Positions 41,341 to 54,792 of a stretch of DNA of 64,000 nt are shown here, piece by piece; the first letter of the stretch is position 1, and each line of letters begins with the position of its first letter. A program made the position numbers and the translations under genes. Below the pieces are notes generated by a model that was given only the letters and a program-made list of their open reading frames with translations, was not told the DNA's origin and did no database searches. Origin of the DNA: Camelus dromedarius. Lineage: Eukaryota. The stretch lies in the NCBI RefSeq assembly GCF_036321535.1, contig NC_087436.1, positions 94,428,001 to 94,492,000 of the forward strand, written 5' to 3'.

Positions 41341-43247
41341 GTATGTATTTCTGCCTATATTTACCCCATAAATCTGTAGTTCTTAGTCCATTGTACTAAT
41401 TTTATAGAACCATTCACATGAAGGCTTATTTAGCCTATAAACAGTTTGATCTGTTTAGAAGAAATATACAAAAGAACTAATATATCCAAATGTGACCAAG
41501 TACAGCATAACTTTATAAACTTATATTGACATTATTTTTAAATGGCACAAGATAGAGAGGTTATTTTTATGAAAACTTACCTACAACTCCCACTACTGCC
41601 TTTGTATTTATCTTTATCTTTTTATCTGCTGGGTAGGCTGATCTCTTTCGCTTTCTCCCTTTATCTGTATCTGTGGCTGTCTGTTTGTCTATATACTTTC
41701 CTCTTCAAGTCTCTAGGTCATTCTTCTGAACCTTTTTGTTTCTCCCTCTTAAATAGTTGTTATACAGTAATAAAACTTTTTTTTAAAATTTATTAAATAG
41801 AAGTTTGTTCTTTTTTCTTTTCTCTTTTTTTAACTAAAAAAATCAGTAATTAGGAGCAAAAAAATGTATAATTCTGTTGCTTTAATGTAGCAGTTCCATT
41901 GTTGAACATTTGCTCACACTCGTACTTTTTATTTTTGCATACTCTATATAAAATTTTGAATTATCTTTATTTACATAGATATTTCCTTATTTTGGCATTA
42001 TCTTTTTATTTATGATATGAATGACTGTAAATATTACTTTGAATTGACATATAATTTACCTAATCATTTCCCTGTTGCCTTGCATTTAGATTTTTTTCAG
42101 CGTTTTCCTTTAGTAGCTATCTTTGTGAATGTAGCATTTATCTATTTTTGAATTATTTTCTACATATAAAAGCCCAAGGGAGAATATATTAATTTAAATG
42201 GTATGAATTATTAGTGTTATTTACATAACTAAATTAATCCTTAAACATAGTTTTAAAATGTTTTCTTAAATGGTACAAAAGTATATACAGTGAAAATTGT
42301 CTCACTTCAACCCCAAATACCTTATTCTTAATTCTCAGAAATAGCCTTCACCAATAGATTTTCACATATTCTTCCAGAATTAGTGTTCTGTGCTTATTTG
42401 TGTATGTATATATATTTTAATTTTAAAACTATTTTCCTTATTCTTTTCAAGGTCTGCATAGTAAATATGAATATTTTCTAACTCTTAATGTATGTTGCTT
42501 TTCAATATAAATATATCATTTGATGACACTACCAAAAATATATGCTCGTATCAGTTGCATGCAACTGCCTCTTTAGCATTTTTACATTTAATATTTTTTC
42601 TAAGTTTATATGTGTTGGCAGGACTGGAGGTGTCTTTTAATTTATGCTCTTGGTATTCTATTTTCTTTGTTTCTTCCTAGAATTCTTTTAAATTATCAAC
42701 CTTTGTACATCACATTGTCCTTCTCATTGTCCTCTGAGTCAAAATGTTTTTGACTTTCTGGATATTCAAAAAAACTCATGACCCACATTTAAGTACTATT
42801 TATTACTAAACTAATGGAGAGATTAGCCAGACTTAAATTTTAAAAAAACCCAGAAGATTGAGACTTTATATTTTTCTCTGTTATAAGGAAATGTCTCTAT
42901 AAAATTCTCTATAATAGAATTATATAACTGTCTAATGAGCATTAAGATTCCTAGAACTTTCATCCTAACTTTAAAGAAAGTTAACAACTCGATTACTTTG
43001 TCTTTTTCTTGTAAAATTTATAACTTGATCATATTTAGAAGTTTATTTCTTCTAGTTTGGTGACTATCCTATCATTAGTAATCAAATATCACTCAATTAG
43101 TATCAATAATCAAAACATGTTCTGTTTCATCCCCTTCACTTGCATATGTTATGCCCAGTTATATAGTTTTCTTTTCACATGTTTATTAAAAAACCTGTCC
43201 ATGTTTTTAAATGAAATGGATATTTTATTGTTGTTTTTTTGCTGTAG

Positions 43248-43388
43248 TTTTTCAATCAAGTCCTGGTGCTGGGAAGATCGTCAGTAAGTGATTTGTCAGA
43301 ACATGTATTTGATCTGATACAGGAACTTTTTGCTATAGACCCTCATTTATTATTATCTGTCATGCCGCAGCTTGAATTCAAACTGAAG
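43248..43388 (+). CDS. PDS5A: PDS5A coding exon (approx. exon 8), 141 nt, [47 protein letters not shown]
   Basis: ctgtag acceptor; AAG|gtaaga donor; phase 0-0. Confidence 0.97.
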
Positions 43389-46300
43389 GTAAGACTGCCT
43401 GTAATTTTTAAGCTCTTTAACATTTAAGAGAAAAATATTTATCACATTGTTTTTCTCTAACATAAAAGGATAAAATCTGAGTTCAATTTTTATCTTCTTA
43501 TATTTAGTTATGGTATACATTTTTTAATCATGTAAGTAAAACGGTGTCTCTCATCTCAGTGATAGGAGAATTTACATTGCAGAATTGTAACTTACCTCAT
43601 TGTTAGATATCTGATAAACACAGTGACAAATAATAAATTAGAAAGATGATATTATCCCAGAAACTTATAATACATGTTATTATTAAATGGTATTTATTAT
43701 TATAAATGTTTTAGAACATCAAAAGATTTCAAACTGAGTGCTCAAAGGGTCTTACAACTATATGACCCTTTCATACTATAGATCAAAGACAAATTTTACT
43801 TTTATGACTAGGAGTGTATTTTTTTTTTAAACAACAAACTAAACAAGGAATTCATAACTCCTCAAAAAATATGAAAAACTTGACACTTGATCCTCTATCC
43901 CAGTTGAACCACAGAAAATAACACATTTGCTTAATATTTAGGACTTTTTGAAAGTTTTTTTTTTAATATCCTTAAATCAGACTATGTTATAATTAAGACT
44001 AACATTATAGTTTAGATTTTTGAGATGAAAAATTTAGGATGAACTGTTTTGCCCAGTTACACAGTTAAAACGGATTTGAGATTAGAACTCTGATTTTCAG
44101 ACTCTTACAACAGGGATAGACAATTAAAAATTGTTCCTCTTGTCTTCATGTCAGGCATTTGTCGGTTATAGTATAAAGGACATTTTAGTGGACTTTTAAG
44201 AAACTCTGTTGTATGGAAAATGTTACATGAGAATGAAGTTTTGTTTGTTTTGTTTTTTAATGTTGAGTTTATTTCAACAACAGTTTAAAGGTATTTCCAT
44301 ACCAATTATTTCTAGATATAAGGCATTAAGATATTTTCTCCCAAGTCTATTCATACAGTTTGAATATGAAAGTCAAACTTCTTTAATCCTAAAAAAGACT
44401 TCCATCATAGATGGTTGGAAAGAATTAGGAACTGGACTTTTGGGTTTCCATATGTGGACTTAATGTAAATAGAAGGAAATTAAGCCACATTGTTTGTTCA
44501 TACCCCATTCTTCTGTAGGTTCATTTACCTACAGCAGAGGTTGCTAAGAGCTGAATCCAGTCCCCAAATAAGTTTTATATGATGAATTTTATTTTAAAAT
44601 CTCATATAAAGAATTTTCAATTTTTAAAAAGTTGCTAACGTTGAATGAATGAATAAATTTTAAAATCAGATTTTGTTTAAAAGTCCAGACATGTGTGTTT
44701 TCTTTTTTAAAAATCAAATAATTTGTTACCATTAGGCCCTTATTTCTACATGACAGGAACTGAGTGTTTATTAGCAGCTTCTTAAATGGATTATGAGGTT
44801 TTTAGTTTACCGTAGTCCTCAATTACTCCTAATCTTGCACCTTCTCTTCTTCATTGACAAAATTTGATTTCATAGGTGTACTTTAAAGGTACATGAATAA
44901 GATTTTTTTCATAGATTTCTTAATTCCTTTTTAAAAACAATTAACACCATAGTCAGTTAATGTTCTTTCTAACTATGTAATCTCTTTTAGTACAATGTAT
45001 GTAACCCATGGCCATTGATTTTTATGTTTTTCTATGTTCTTAGAAAAATTCATACCTTTTTTTAACTTTATACTAAGTACTGCGTCTAAATAATAGAATA
45101 TTTACATCTTAACAGCAGGTGCCATCACCTGTGTTATTTTTCTGACTGCAACCCTAGCCAGTACCAGTATTACTTTTCTCATCACAAGCGACGAAAGATT
45201 CAGAATAGTTTAGATACTATCTATATATTACTTGGGTGCCCGCTTTTAAGTCACCAATATGTGCTAAGCAGATAGCCTAGGAAGTTTTTATGGCTATGGC
45301 GATTTTCTGTAGTTATATCTCTGAATTGCATAGCTACAACCTTCATATTTAGGAATCTTAGGTTATAGTCTTCTGAGGACAATAAAAATGTTTGAGAAAA
45401 TGCTTCAAAATAACAATTTGACTTTACTTTATAATGGGCCACTGCATGCAGTTGTATTCAGTATCTACTGCATAGGTCCATTGTGTTATTCTCATATGTT
45501 TAAGGGGTCTGGATTTGTGCTAAGATTTGTGCTACTTAGCAGCCTTGGCTGTGGTTATCAGGAAATTTGACAGATTTTACATTTAAGACTTTTTTTGTGG
45601 TAAGCAGGGACAAAGAGACAAACATTTACATTTATTCCCCAAGTTGAAACATTAAAAAACAGTCATAATTGCCTTATATTGGTTGCAATTTTTACAGAGA
45701 ATTGTTCTGAGTCAATTACTTTGTAACTAGAAGCAATATCGTAGTTGGTTATGTTTTCCAGTTAGGGTTGAAGGAAACTAAAAACTAGGTGGCCTTTGAA
45801 TTTATGTTAGACAGTCACTGGTAAATTATTAATGCAGAATTTCTAATTCTTGCCCATTCTTTTAATTATTAAGATAAATATATATATATTTCTATTCAAA
45901 CATTGTGGTAGGTAATATCTTAATGAGATAATTTTCACCTTAGGATAGATTAATAATACAGCTGTACATCAGAGACACCGAATGATTTTTTGCATCAGAA
46001 AAAATTACCATCACTATAATAATATTCCAGCCTCACTCAAGGAATACATTTTAAAAGCAGAGGGTTAAGTTTTCATTTAGTTTTATTTCAGTAGTTAGAT
46101 TATATAGATATGAAATGTTACATCATTTGAAATGATCACTAAGCTACTAAAGTAGTCACTTTCAAGTAAAGTAAAATTTTCACTTTTTTTAGTGTTTGAC
46201 ATTTAAGTGATAGATTGATTTTTCTTTTAAAAAATAAATCATTTGGCTAGTCAGTTGGACTTACCAAAAAGCATTAGTCAGCATTGTAGTCACGTTACTT

Positions 46301-46800
46301 GAGAAAAACTTGGTCAAAGAAAATCATTTTTGTAGTTATAAGTGTTAAAACTTAATAGAATTTTCATTTTTACTACTGTTTAACAAGTATACATATTTTA
46401 CCCACAAAGCCCCTACCCTATCCCTGAGAGTTAAGACAGTCTTAAAGAAAAGATTCTATCCCATAGTATTTATTTTTCTTTTTTTATTTATCTTTCCCCA
46501 TGAATATTTGTTTATTCGGCTCTGGTATTGCTTAAGACACACATTGTGTTTGAACACGTTAAAAACTTAGCGATTGCTTTTAGTTATTGCCTTTATTTTC
46601 CTGGTGAATATGTGATTTTTAAAAAGCTTCATGCACCATATGGTTTTAGAATAACTTGATTCATATGAAGACATGACATCACAAGCATGTATTGATTCAG
46701 GATAAGAAAATAGGAGGCCTCTATCAAAAAAATTAAGGTTTTGCTCTTTTGTAGTGTTTAGTACACCTGACTTTTTAGATCCTCCTGAGATTCATGCTCT

Positions 46801-46942
46801 TTTTAAATTTATTTTTGCTTATTTGGGGGGTGGTAATTAGGCTTATTTGTTTATTTATGTTTTAGAGGAGGTAGTGGAAATTGAACCCAGGCCCTGTGCA
46901 TGCTAAGCATGTGCTCTACCACTTGAGCTATACCCTCCCCCC
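46801..46942 (-). mobile_element. vic-1-type SINE
   Basis: Minus-strand GGGGAGGGTATAGCTCAAGTGGTAGAGCACATGCTTAGCATGCAC; short TSD catgct. Confidence 0.9.
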
Positions 46943-47448
46943 CATGCTTTTCTATTAAAATGAGTTTTGCAAATTCATGACTTTCTTCAGTCTCATCTTC
47001 CCCAGTCAGTAGGGGATCCTTGATTAAAACCTCATATGTCAAAACCTGAATTGATATAGGTTTATGTTAGAGTTCAGATTGTAGAAAGCTTTCTTTATTA
47101 GGGCAGGAATTATTTGCAGCTCTTCCTTTCACAGAATTTTTTCCAGGACTCTTAGGGAGTGTTAGCACTGATTGATGATCTTCATATTTCTAAAATGTCT
47201 GTGTAGATTGCAAACAAGCAATGAAGTAGACATAAATTAACAGTTGGGAGGGTGTGAAATAAGAGCAAAGAACCAGATGATCTAACATGGAATCAAATCA
47301 ACTTAAAGCATGTTAAATGAGAGCACATGATATTTTAAAGTTACTGTCATAAGAAATGTGAAATTGTAGCTTCTCCAGGAATGTTTTGTTATTTTCTGTA
47401 ATCTGGTGAATAAACCTCAGGCTTTATTTATTTTGTCTTTTCCCTTAG

Positions 47449-47564
47449 AGCAATGATGGAGAAGAGCGATTAGCTGTTGTTCGACTTCTAGCTAAATTGT
47501 TTGGTTCTAAAGATTCTGATTTGGCAACACAGAATCGTCCTCTGTGGCAATGTTTTCTTGGACG
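47449..47564 (+). CDS. PDS5A: PDS5A coding exon (approx. exon 9), 116 nt, [38 protein letters not shown](R)
   Basis: tcccttag acceptor; CG|gtaaga donor (phase 2). Confidence 0.97.
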
Positions 47565-48017
47565 GTAAGAGAATATACAATTATGTGGATTCTAACATTT
47601 AATGTTGGAGGCCAGTCAGTATGGCACACTTGATTAAAACTGTACATATCAAAACTTTAATTGATATGTTTGTTTCTTTTGTATCTGTGTTGCTGTGTTT
47701 CTTGAAGAATAAGTTGTAGGACAATTTCTGTGAAGAAAGATTATTATTTACCCACATAACACATTTTAATCTTTTTTGCGTGTGCTAAAATAATGTCATT
47801 AGAATAAAGAGATAGGCAACATCTGAGAATTTTCAGTCTTAAGATTTTTAAATCATGAGACTGAAGACATCATGGTCCAGTCCATGCCATATTTCAGTCC
47901 AGCAATTTATTCGCTTAGTAGTGCTTATCCTTTAGATGTTTAGCTTATCTAATAGCATGATGTGTGTTTGGAACTAACTTGATATTATTGTGTGACTTTG
48001 AAATGGAAAATACTGTT

Positions 48018-48258
48018 CTTGAGAGCTTGTTTGGAGGTTCTAGCAGGGGAGCGCAGCTCCTCATATACCCTTGACTGAGAAGAACGGTCCTCCTCTACTG
48101 GGAAAGGTTGTCCTCTTGACCAAGCTCACAGCTTCGGGAGGGATGCACATGGAGCGGTGAGGGAGGAAGGGGACATCCACCTAGCCAGCCAGGTCAGCTG
48201 AATCGACTCTGGAGATCAATAGGGTGACAGATGTCACAGCCAGATCACCCTCACATCC
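48018..48258 (-). pseudogene. RN7SK: 7SK snRNA retropseudogene, nt 1 to ~240, 3'-truncated, no poly(A)
   Basis: Reverse complement reads GGATGTGAGGGTGATCTGGCTGTGACATCTGTCACC...GCTAGAACCTCCAAACAAGCTCTCAAG, matching the recalled 7SK 5' two-thirds. It shows many CpG-to-TpG/CpA changes and lacks the 3' hairpin. Confidence 0.93.
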
Positions 48259-48543
48259 AAAATATCGTTGTTCTCAATCAACATTTTTAATGTTCCTTCT
48301 CAAGCACTTAGAATTACTATGTTCTATTCAACTTGATGGTAAGGTTGAAAAAAATCTATGAAACTTATTAAATTACTCCCTTGAATTCCATTAACATGTT
48401 TCTTTACTTCAGACATTCATTGAAAAGTCAGTTTTTACTGTTAGTATTCTGGACAACATTTGAGATTCATCATTGTGTAATTGAACTCATTCAGAAGGTG
48501 GGCTCAAAATTTTTCTTAACGAAAATTCACTATAATAATTCTT

Positions 48544-48694
48544 TTTTTTAATTTTTAATTTTATTTTTTATTTTTTGTGGGGGAAGGTAATTAGGTTTAC
48601 TTATTTATTTATTTTTAGAGGAGGTACTGGGGATTGAACCCAGGACCTTGTGGATGCTAAGCAAGCACGCTACCACTGAGCTATACCCTCCCCT
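48544..48694 (-). mobile_element. vic-1-type SINE
   Basis: Intact A and B boxes; exact 14-bp TSD ctataataattctt at 48530-48543 and 48695-48708. Confidence 0.92.
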
Positions 48695-49389
48695 CTATAA
48701 TAATTCTTACAATAACCTGGGTTAAATATTAAAATATAACAAATCTGAGAAATCCTTGACATTGACATTATGCTGTTTTAAGTTACTTGCTCAGAACAGG
48801 CTATTTTGAAGATGTTAATATGTATATATACTGATTATTTGAATAATTAAACTTGAATTTATAAGAATTTAGAATAGAAGGAATGAAACAACTGTATTTG
48901 TCAGTTATAGACAAATGATTCTGCCCTAGTGATTGACATCAATGTTTATAGAAAAACATTTAAGCCAAAATGCAAGAGTTCATTTTTCATCTAGGTTATT
49001 TATAACAACAAAATCAATCATAAGAGGCTTCGTACATTCATAATTTTATATTCACTGCTATCCTAATACTGGGTCTCTCATTCATAGAAACAAGGAAATA
49101 TTACCAGTGTATCTGTTATACTGTATTATTTTCCTTAATTATTTAGCAATAAGTATTTTGATACTTTGCAATTTACTTGATCATGAATAGTAATGTTCTC
49201 ATTTTTTTCTGGCAGTTAGAAAATTATAAATGAAATTTTATTGAAATTTGAAGCTATCTCTGGATAAGAAAGTAGACTGCCATATAGATTAATACATTTA
49301 TTAAATAACATTAGTTTAATTGATTATTTTATAATATCACTTCAAAAATAGAAATATTTCTTGCTATTTAAAATCACATTATAAATGTT

Positions 49390-52300
49390 CATTTATATAC
49401 CAATTTAGTGGACAACTAGAAGTAATGGACAAATCCCTACAAATGTACAATCTCCTAAGAGTGAACCAGGAACAAATAGGAAATATGAATAGACCAATTA
49501 CCAGTGCTGAAATTGAATCAGTAATAAAACAACTCCCAAAAAACAAGAGTCCAGGACCAGATGGCTTCACGGGTGAATTCTGCCAAACATTTAGAGAAGA
49601 GTTAATACCTATCCTTCTCAAACTGTTCCAAAAAATTGCAGAGGAAGGAGTGCTTCCAAACTAATTCTGTAAGACCATCGTCACTCTGATACCAAAACCA
49701 GCCAAAGATACCACCAAAAAAGAAAAATTAAAGGCCAATATCACTGCTGAACATAAATGCAAAAATCCTCAACAAAATACTAGCAAACCAAATTCACCAG
49801 TACATTAAAAAGGATCATACACCATGATCAAGGTAGGATTTATCCTAGGGATGCAGGGATGGTTCGGTATCCACAAATCACATTAACAAACTGAAGAATA
49901 AAAATCATATGATCATCTCAATAGATGCAGAAAAACCTTTTGACAAAATTCAACATCCATTTATGATTAAAAAAAAAAACCTCTCCACAAAGTGGGTACA
50001 GAGGGACCATACCTCAACATAATAAATACCATTTATAATAAGCCCACAGCTAACATACTTAATGGTGAAAAGCTGAAAGCATTTCCTCTAAGATCAGGAA
50101 TAAGACAGGGATGCCCACTCTTGCCCTTTTTATTCAACATAGTTTTGGAAGTTCTAGCCACAGCAGTCAGAGAGGAGAAAGAAATAAAAGGAATCCAAAT
50201 TGGAAAATAAATAAAACTATGGATGATATGATACCATACATAGAAAATTCTAAAGAGGCTACCAGAAAACTACTAGAGCTCATCAATGAATCAGTAAAGT
50301 TGTAGGATACAAAATTAATAAACAGAAATCAGTTGCATTTCTGTATACTAACAATGAAATAACAGAAAGAAAAATTAAGAAAACAATCCCATTTAGAATC
50401 ACATCAAAAAGAATAAAATACCTGGAAATATATTTACCCGAGGAGGTAAAAGACCTATACTCAAAAAACTGTAAGACACTGGTGAATCAAGTTGAAGATA
50501 TACAAACAGGTGGAAGAATAAAGCTGTGGTCATGGATTGAAAGAATTAATATTGTTAAAATGACCATAGTACCCAAGGCAATCTACAGATTGATTCAGTG
50601 CAGTCCTTGTTAAAATACAAACGGTGTTTTTCACAGAGCTAGAACAAATAATTCTAAAATTTGTATGGAAACACAAAGGACCCTCAAATAGTCAAAACAA
50701 TCTTGAGAGAGAACAAAACTCCCAGCTTTCACGCTATGCTACAAAGATATGGTCATCAAAACAGGATGATACCGGCAGAAAAATAGCCACATAGATCAAT
50801 GGAATAGAATAAACACCATAGAGATGAACCCACACTTATATGGACAGTTAATCTGCAACAAAGGTGGCAGGAATACGCAATGGGGAAAAGACAGCCTCCA
50901 GTGAATGGTGTTGGAAAAACAGGAGAGCTACACTGAAAAGAATCACACTAGACTACTCTCACACTATGCACAAAAATAAATACAAAATGAATTAAAGACT
51001 TTTAAGACCTGAAACCATAAAACTTTTAGAAAAAAAAGTACACTTTAACATAAGTTTTAGTAGGGTTTTTTTTTGTTTTGTTGTTGTTTTTGGTTTTGTT
51101 TTTGTTTTTGTTTTTGTTTTTTATGTCTCCTCAGGCAAGGAAAACAAAAGCAAAAATAAACAGCTGGGACTACATCAAACTAAAAGTTTTGCACAGTGAA
51201 GGGAACTAATAAAATGAAGGCCACCTACTGAATGGGAGAAGATATTTTCAAATGATATATGTGATAAGGGGTTAATGTACAAAGAACTCATACAACTTAA
51301 CATCAAAAAGCAGATAACCTAATTAAAAATTGGGCAGAGGATCTGAATACATACTTTTCCAAAGAAGACATACAGATGCCAAAAGACAGGAAAAAATGGT
51401 CAACATCACTAATCACCCGGGAGATACAAATCAGAATGCCAGCGAGATCATGTCATACCTGTCAGAATGGCTATTATCAAAAAGACATTTGGTGTAGTCA
51501 TTATGGAAAATAGTATAGAGAACCCTCAAAAAACTAAAAATAGACTTATCATATGATCCAGCATTCCCACTCCTGGGCGTATATACAGAGAAAACTGTAA
51601 TTTGAAAAGATACATGCACCCCAGTGTTCATAGCAGCACTATTTACAATAGCCAAGACATGGAAACAACCTAAATGTCCATTAACAGATGACTGGATAAA
51701 GTTTTGGCATATATAGGAGAATACTACTCAGCCATAAAAAATAATAAAATACTGCCATTTGCAGCAATGTGGATGACCTGGAGCTCATCATTCTAATTGA
51801 AGTAAGCTAGAAAGGGAAAGAAAAAATACCATATGATATCACTCATATGTGGAATCTTTAAAAAAAAAAAAAAAGACATTTATAAGACAGAAACAGAGTC
51901 ACAGACATCAAAAACAAATTTATGGTTACCAGGAGGGAAAGGGAGTGGGAAGTGATAAACTGGAAGTTCAAGGTTTGCAAATACTACTCTATATAAAGTA
52001 AATATATAACAGGTGTTTTCTGTATAGCACAGGGAACTATATTCAATATCTTGTAGTAACCTATAATGAAATATGAAAACAAATATATGTATGTGTATGT
52101 ATGATTGAAACATTATGCTGTACACCAGAAATTGACACAACATTGTAAACTGATGATATTTCAATTGAAAAATAGCAAGTGTTGGTGAGGATGTGGAGAA
52201 AAGGGAACCCTCATGTACTGTTGGTGGGGTTGTAAATTGGTACAGCCACTATTGAAAACAGTGTGGATGTTCCTCAAAAAATTAAAAATTGAACTGTTAC

Positions 52301-52760
52301 ATGATCCAGCAATTCCATTCCTGGTTATTTATCTGAAGAAAACAAAAACACAAATCAGAAAAGATATGCATCCTATGTTCGTTGTGGCATTATTTACAGT
52401 ATTTAAGCTATGGAAGCAACCCAGGTAGCCATCAATAGATAAATGGATAAAGTCGATGTGGTATATATGTATACAATGGAATATTACTCATTCATAAAAG
52501 AAAAAGAATGAAATCTTGCCATTTGCAACAACATGGTTGGACCTAGAGGGTGACTATATGCTCACTGCATTAAGTCAGACAGAGAAGGACAAATGCTGTA
52601 TAATTTTGCCTATATGTGGAATCTTAAAAACAAACAAATAAACAAATATACAGAAGCAGAGTTATAGATAGAACAAACAGATGGTTGCCACAGGGGAGTA
52701 GGGTAGGGGGAGGAAAGAAATAGGTGAGGGAGATTAAAAGGTAAAAAATAAATAAGTAAA
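49390..52760 (+). mobile_element. 3.4-kb sense L1 (ORF2 RT to 3' UTR), frameshifted, with a second L1 3' end nested at about 51488-52170
   Basis: Peptides [12 protein letters not shown] and [12 protein letters not shown]. The consensus is broken after atcaaaaagaca (51487) and resumes at atagcaagtgttggtgaggatg (52171). Confidence 0.9.
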
Positions 52761-53382
52761 ATCATGTTATTTATAATTAAATGTTTTTAAGTTACCCAGT
52801 AATAAAATTTGAGAGTTGCTCAGGTTTTGAATCTACATACTGAGTTTCATATTTATTGAATTCTTACAATATACTAGACCTTTAAAAGTGCAGTTACAAG
52901 TTGGTCCCAGCCATATGGAAGCTTTAAGGCAATATGGCACATGTATTTTATGTATGACCTCATCTTTGAATTTCTAGATCTGCCTCTATATATGATTTGC
53001 TTTCTACCTCACATTCCCCTAGTATTTTTCTCCTATAAACTTCCTTTTCAAGAAGATTTTGTATTTTGAGTATTTATTTTTTGTTTGTTTTGTAGTATAA
53101 TTTTAAGCTCTTCAATTTTTGTCTCTGCAAAGTAGGTAGTTTGGACTGGGGGGATGTGTTTTTACTGTTTTTTGTTTTAGCATGGTGAAAATTTTAAAAT
53201 ATTTTTGTGAAATTATGTATCTTTATTACTTTATATTCTTCCTTCAGAACATATTAACTGTCGTAATAACACATTTTCTAATCAGTAACTGTTTATAGGC
53301 ATTTACATAGTGTTAGATATATCTTTTTTGAAAATAATTTTTTTGTCTTGCAACTAATATTTAGCAATTTTTTTCTGTGTAG

Positions 53383-53477
53383 GTTTAATGACATTCATGT
53401 TCCTGTCAGATTAGAAAGTGTGAAATTTGCCAGTCACTGTTTAATGAATCACCCAGATTTAGCAAAAGACCTCACAG
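53383..53477 (+). CDS. PDS5A: PDS5A coding exon (approx. exon 10), 95 nt, [31 protein letters not shown](E)
   Basis: tgtgtag acceptor; CAG|gtaagc donor; lies within track ORF 53348-53542. Confidence 0.97.
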
Positions 53478-54148
53478 GTAAGCGACCTGGTTTATTACAA
53501 ATAAGAGAGTACTCACAAATATATTTCAGATGTGACCTTTGACTTCCGTTTCTGAATAGATTTAACTCTGGCACTATTTCAAGTCTGTATCTGTCATAGA
53601 CTAGTAAATGATTTCATGTTTATACTGTAAAATTACATTTGAAATTTTCATATTTTAATCCTTTGGAGTTTTTTGGAAATCATAATTTGAGGAAGTAGAC
53701 TCTTCTTATGACATTGGATTTTGGCACAAATCATTATATCTGTGTAATAATTCAATATAGTAACAAACCTAATAGTAAATAGGAAAGTGATTATCTTCTG
53801 AACTAGACTGGAATTTCTTATTCTTCATGTGAACACAGAGCATTTGAACCTACTTATTTGGTAGTAACAAACAGTCAGTATCAAAATGCTCTTTACCAAA
53901 AAAGAGGAAATAACTTTTTTTATTTTGTTATCATAATTATTTAGGGATTTTCTTTAGAGGTCATAGAATGTTACTATTTAGTGCCATATACAGATACATA
54001 CTTATTAGCAAATTTGCTAACGGCATTTTTACTATTTTTCTTTTAAATCTTTTAGTTTGTATTGTTAACGTAAATTCTAAACTAATCAGTAACTTTGTTG
54101 TGATTTGGTTTTTCCAGAATAGTTGATATAAAATATTTATTAAGATGT

Positions 54149-54410
54149 TGGGGGGAGGAGGGTTGGAAGGGACAGACTGGGAGTTTGAGATTTGTAGATA
54201 CTGACAGGTATATATAGAGTAGATAAACAAGTTTATACTGTATAACACAGGGAAATATATATAAGATCTTGTAGTAGCTCATGGTGAAAAAGAATATGAA
54301 AGTGAATATATGTATATTCATGTATGACTGAAAAATTGTGCTGTACACCAGAAATTGTAAACTAACTATAACTCAATTAAAAAAAAAAACTTTGAGACAA
54401 ATGAAAAAAA
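54149..54410 (+). mobile_element. Young L1 3' end, sense
   Basis: Same family as 28397; TSD aagatgt; split A-tail. Confidence 0.85.
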
Positions 54411-54646
54411 AAGATGTGACTTTGAAGCAAAAAACAAACAGTGTGGTATATAGTTTATTTAGTTTATTTTGTGATTCGATAGTGTATTTCCACCTCTAAA
54501 ATAATTTTCATTTATGCCTCATTTCACAGTTGTTTCAGTATGGACATAAGATTAAAAGCATTAGTTTGTTTTGGGTTTCTTTGGTCATTCTGTACATAAC
54601 AAATATTATAGCCAACATTTAGCTTAATTTTTTTCTTTCATTATAG

Positions 54647-54792
54647 AATATTTGAAAGTTAGATCACATGATCCAGAAGAAGCTATTCGTCATGATGTCA
54701 TTGTTACTATAATAACAGCTGCCAAAAGAGACCTTGCCTTAGTAAATGATCAGCTACTTGGCTTTGTAAGGGAAAGAACACTGGACAAACGG
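54647..54792 (+). CDS. PDS5A: PDS5A coding exon (approx. exon 11), 146 nt, [48 protein letters not shown]
   Basis: ttatag acceptor; CGG|gtaaaa donor; frame continuous. Confidence 0.97.

Noticed and set aside
48018..48258. Functional 7SK gene
   Set aside because: It lacks the 3' ~90 nt including the terminal hairpin and oligo-U, shows CpG decay, and has no evident upstream PSE/TATA promoter.
48620..48694. tRNA gene (also the other SINE heads)
   Set aside because: The tRNA-like heads are followed by SINE body, A-rich tail and TSDs, and the cloverleaf is degenerate.
49390..52760. Active L1
   Set aside because: It is 5'-truncated (no ORF1 or endonuclease), has many stops and frameshifts, and is interrupted by a nested insertion and a (GTTTTT)n expansion.
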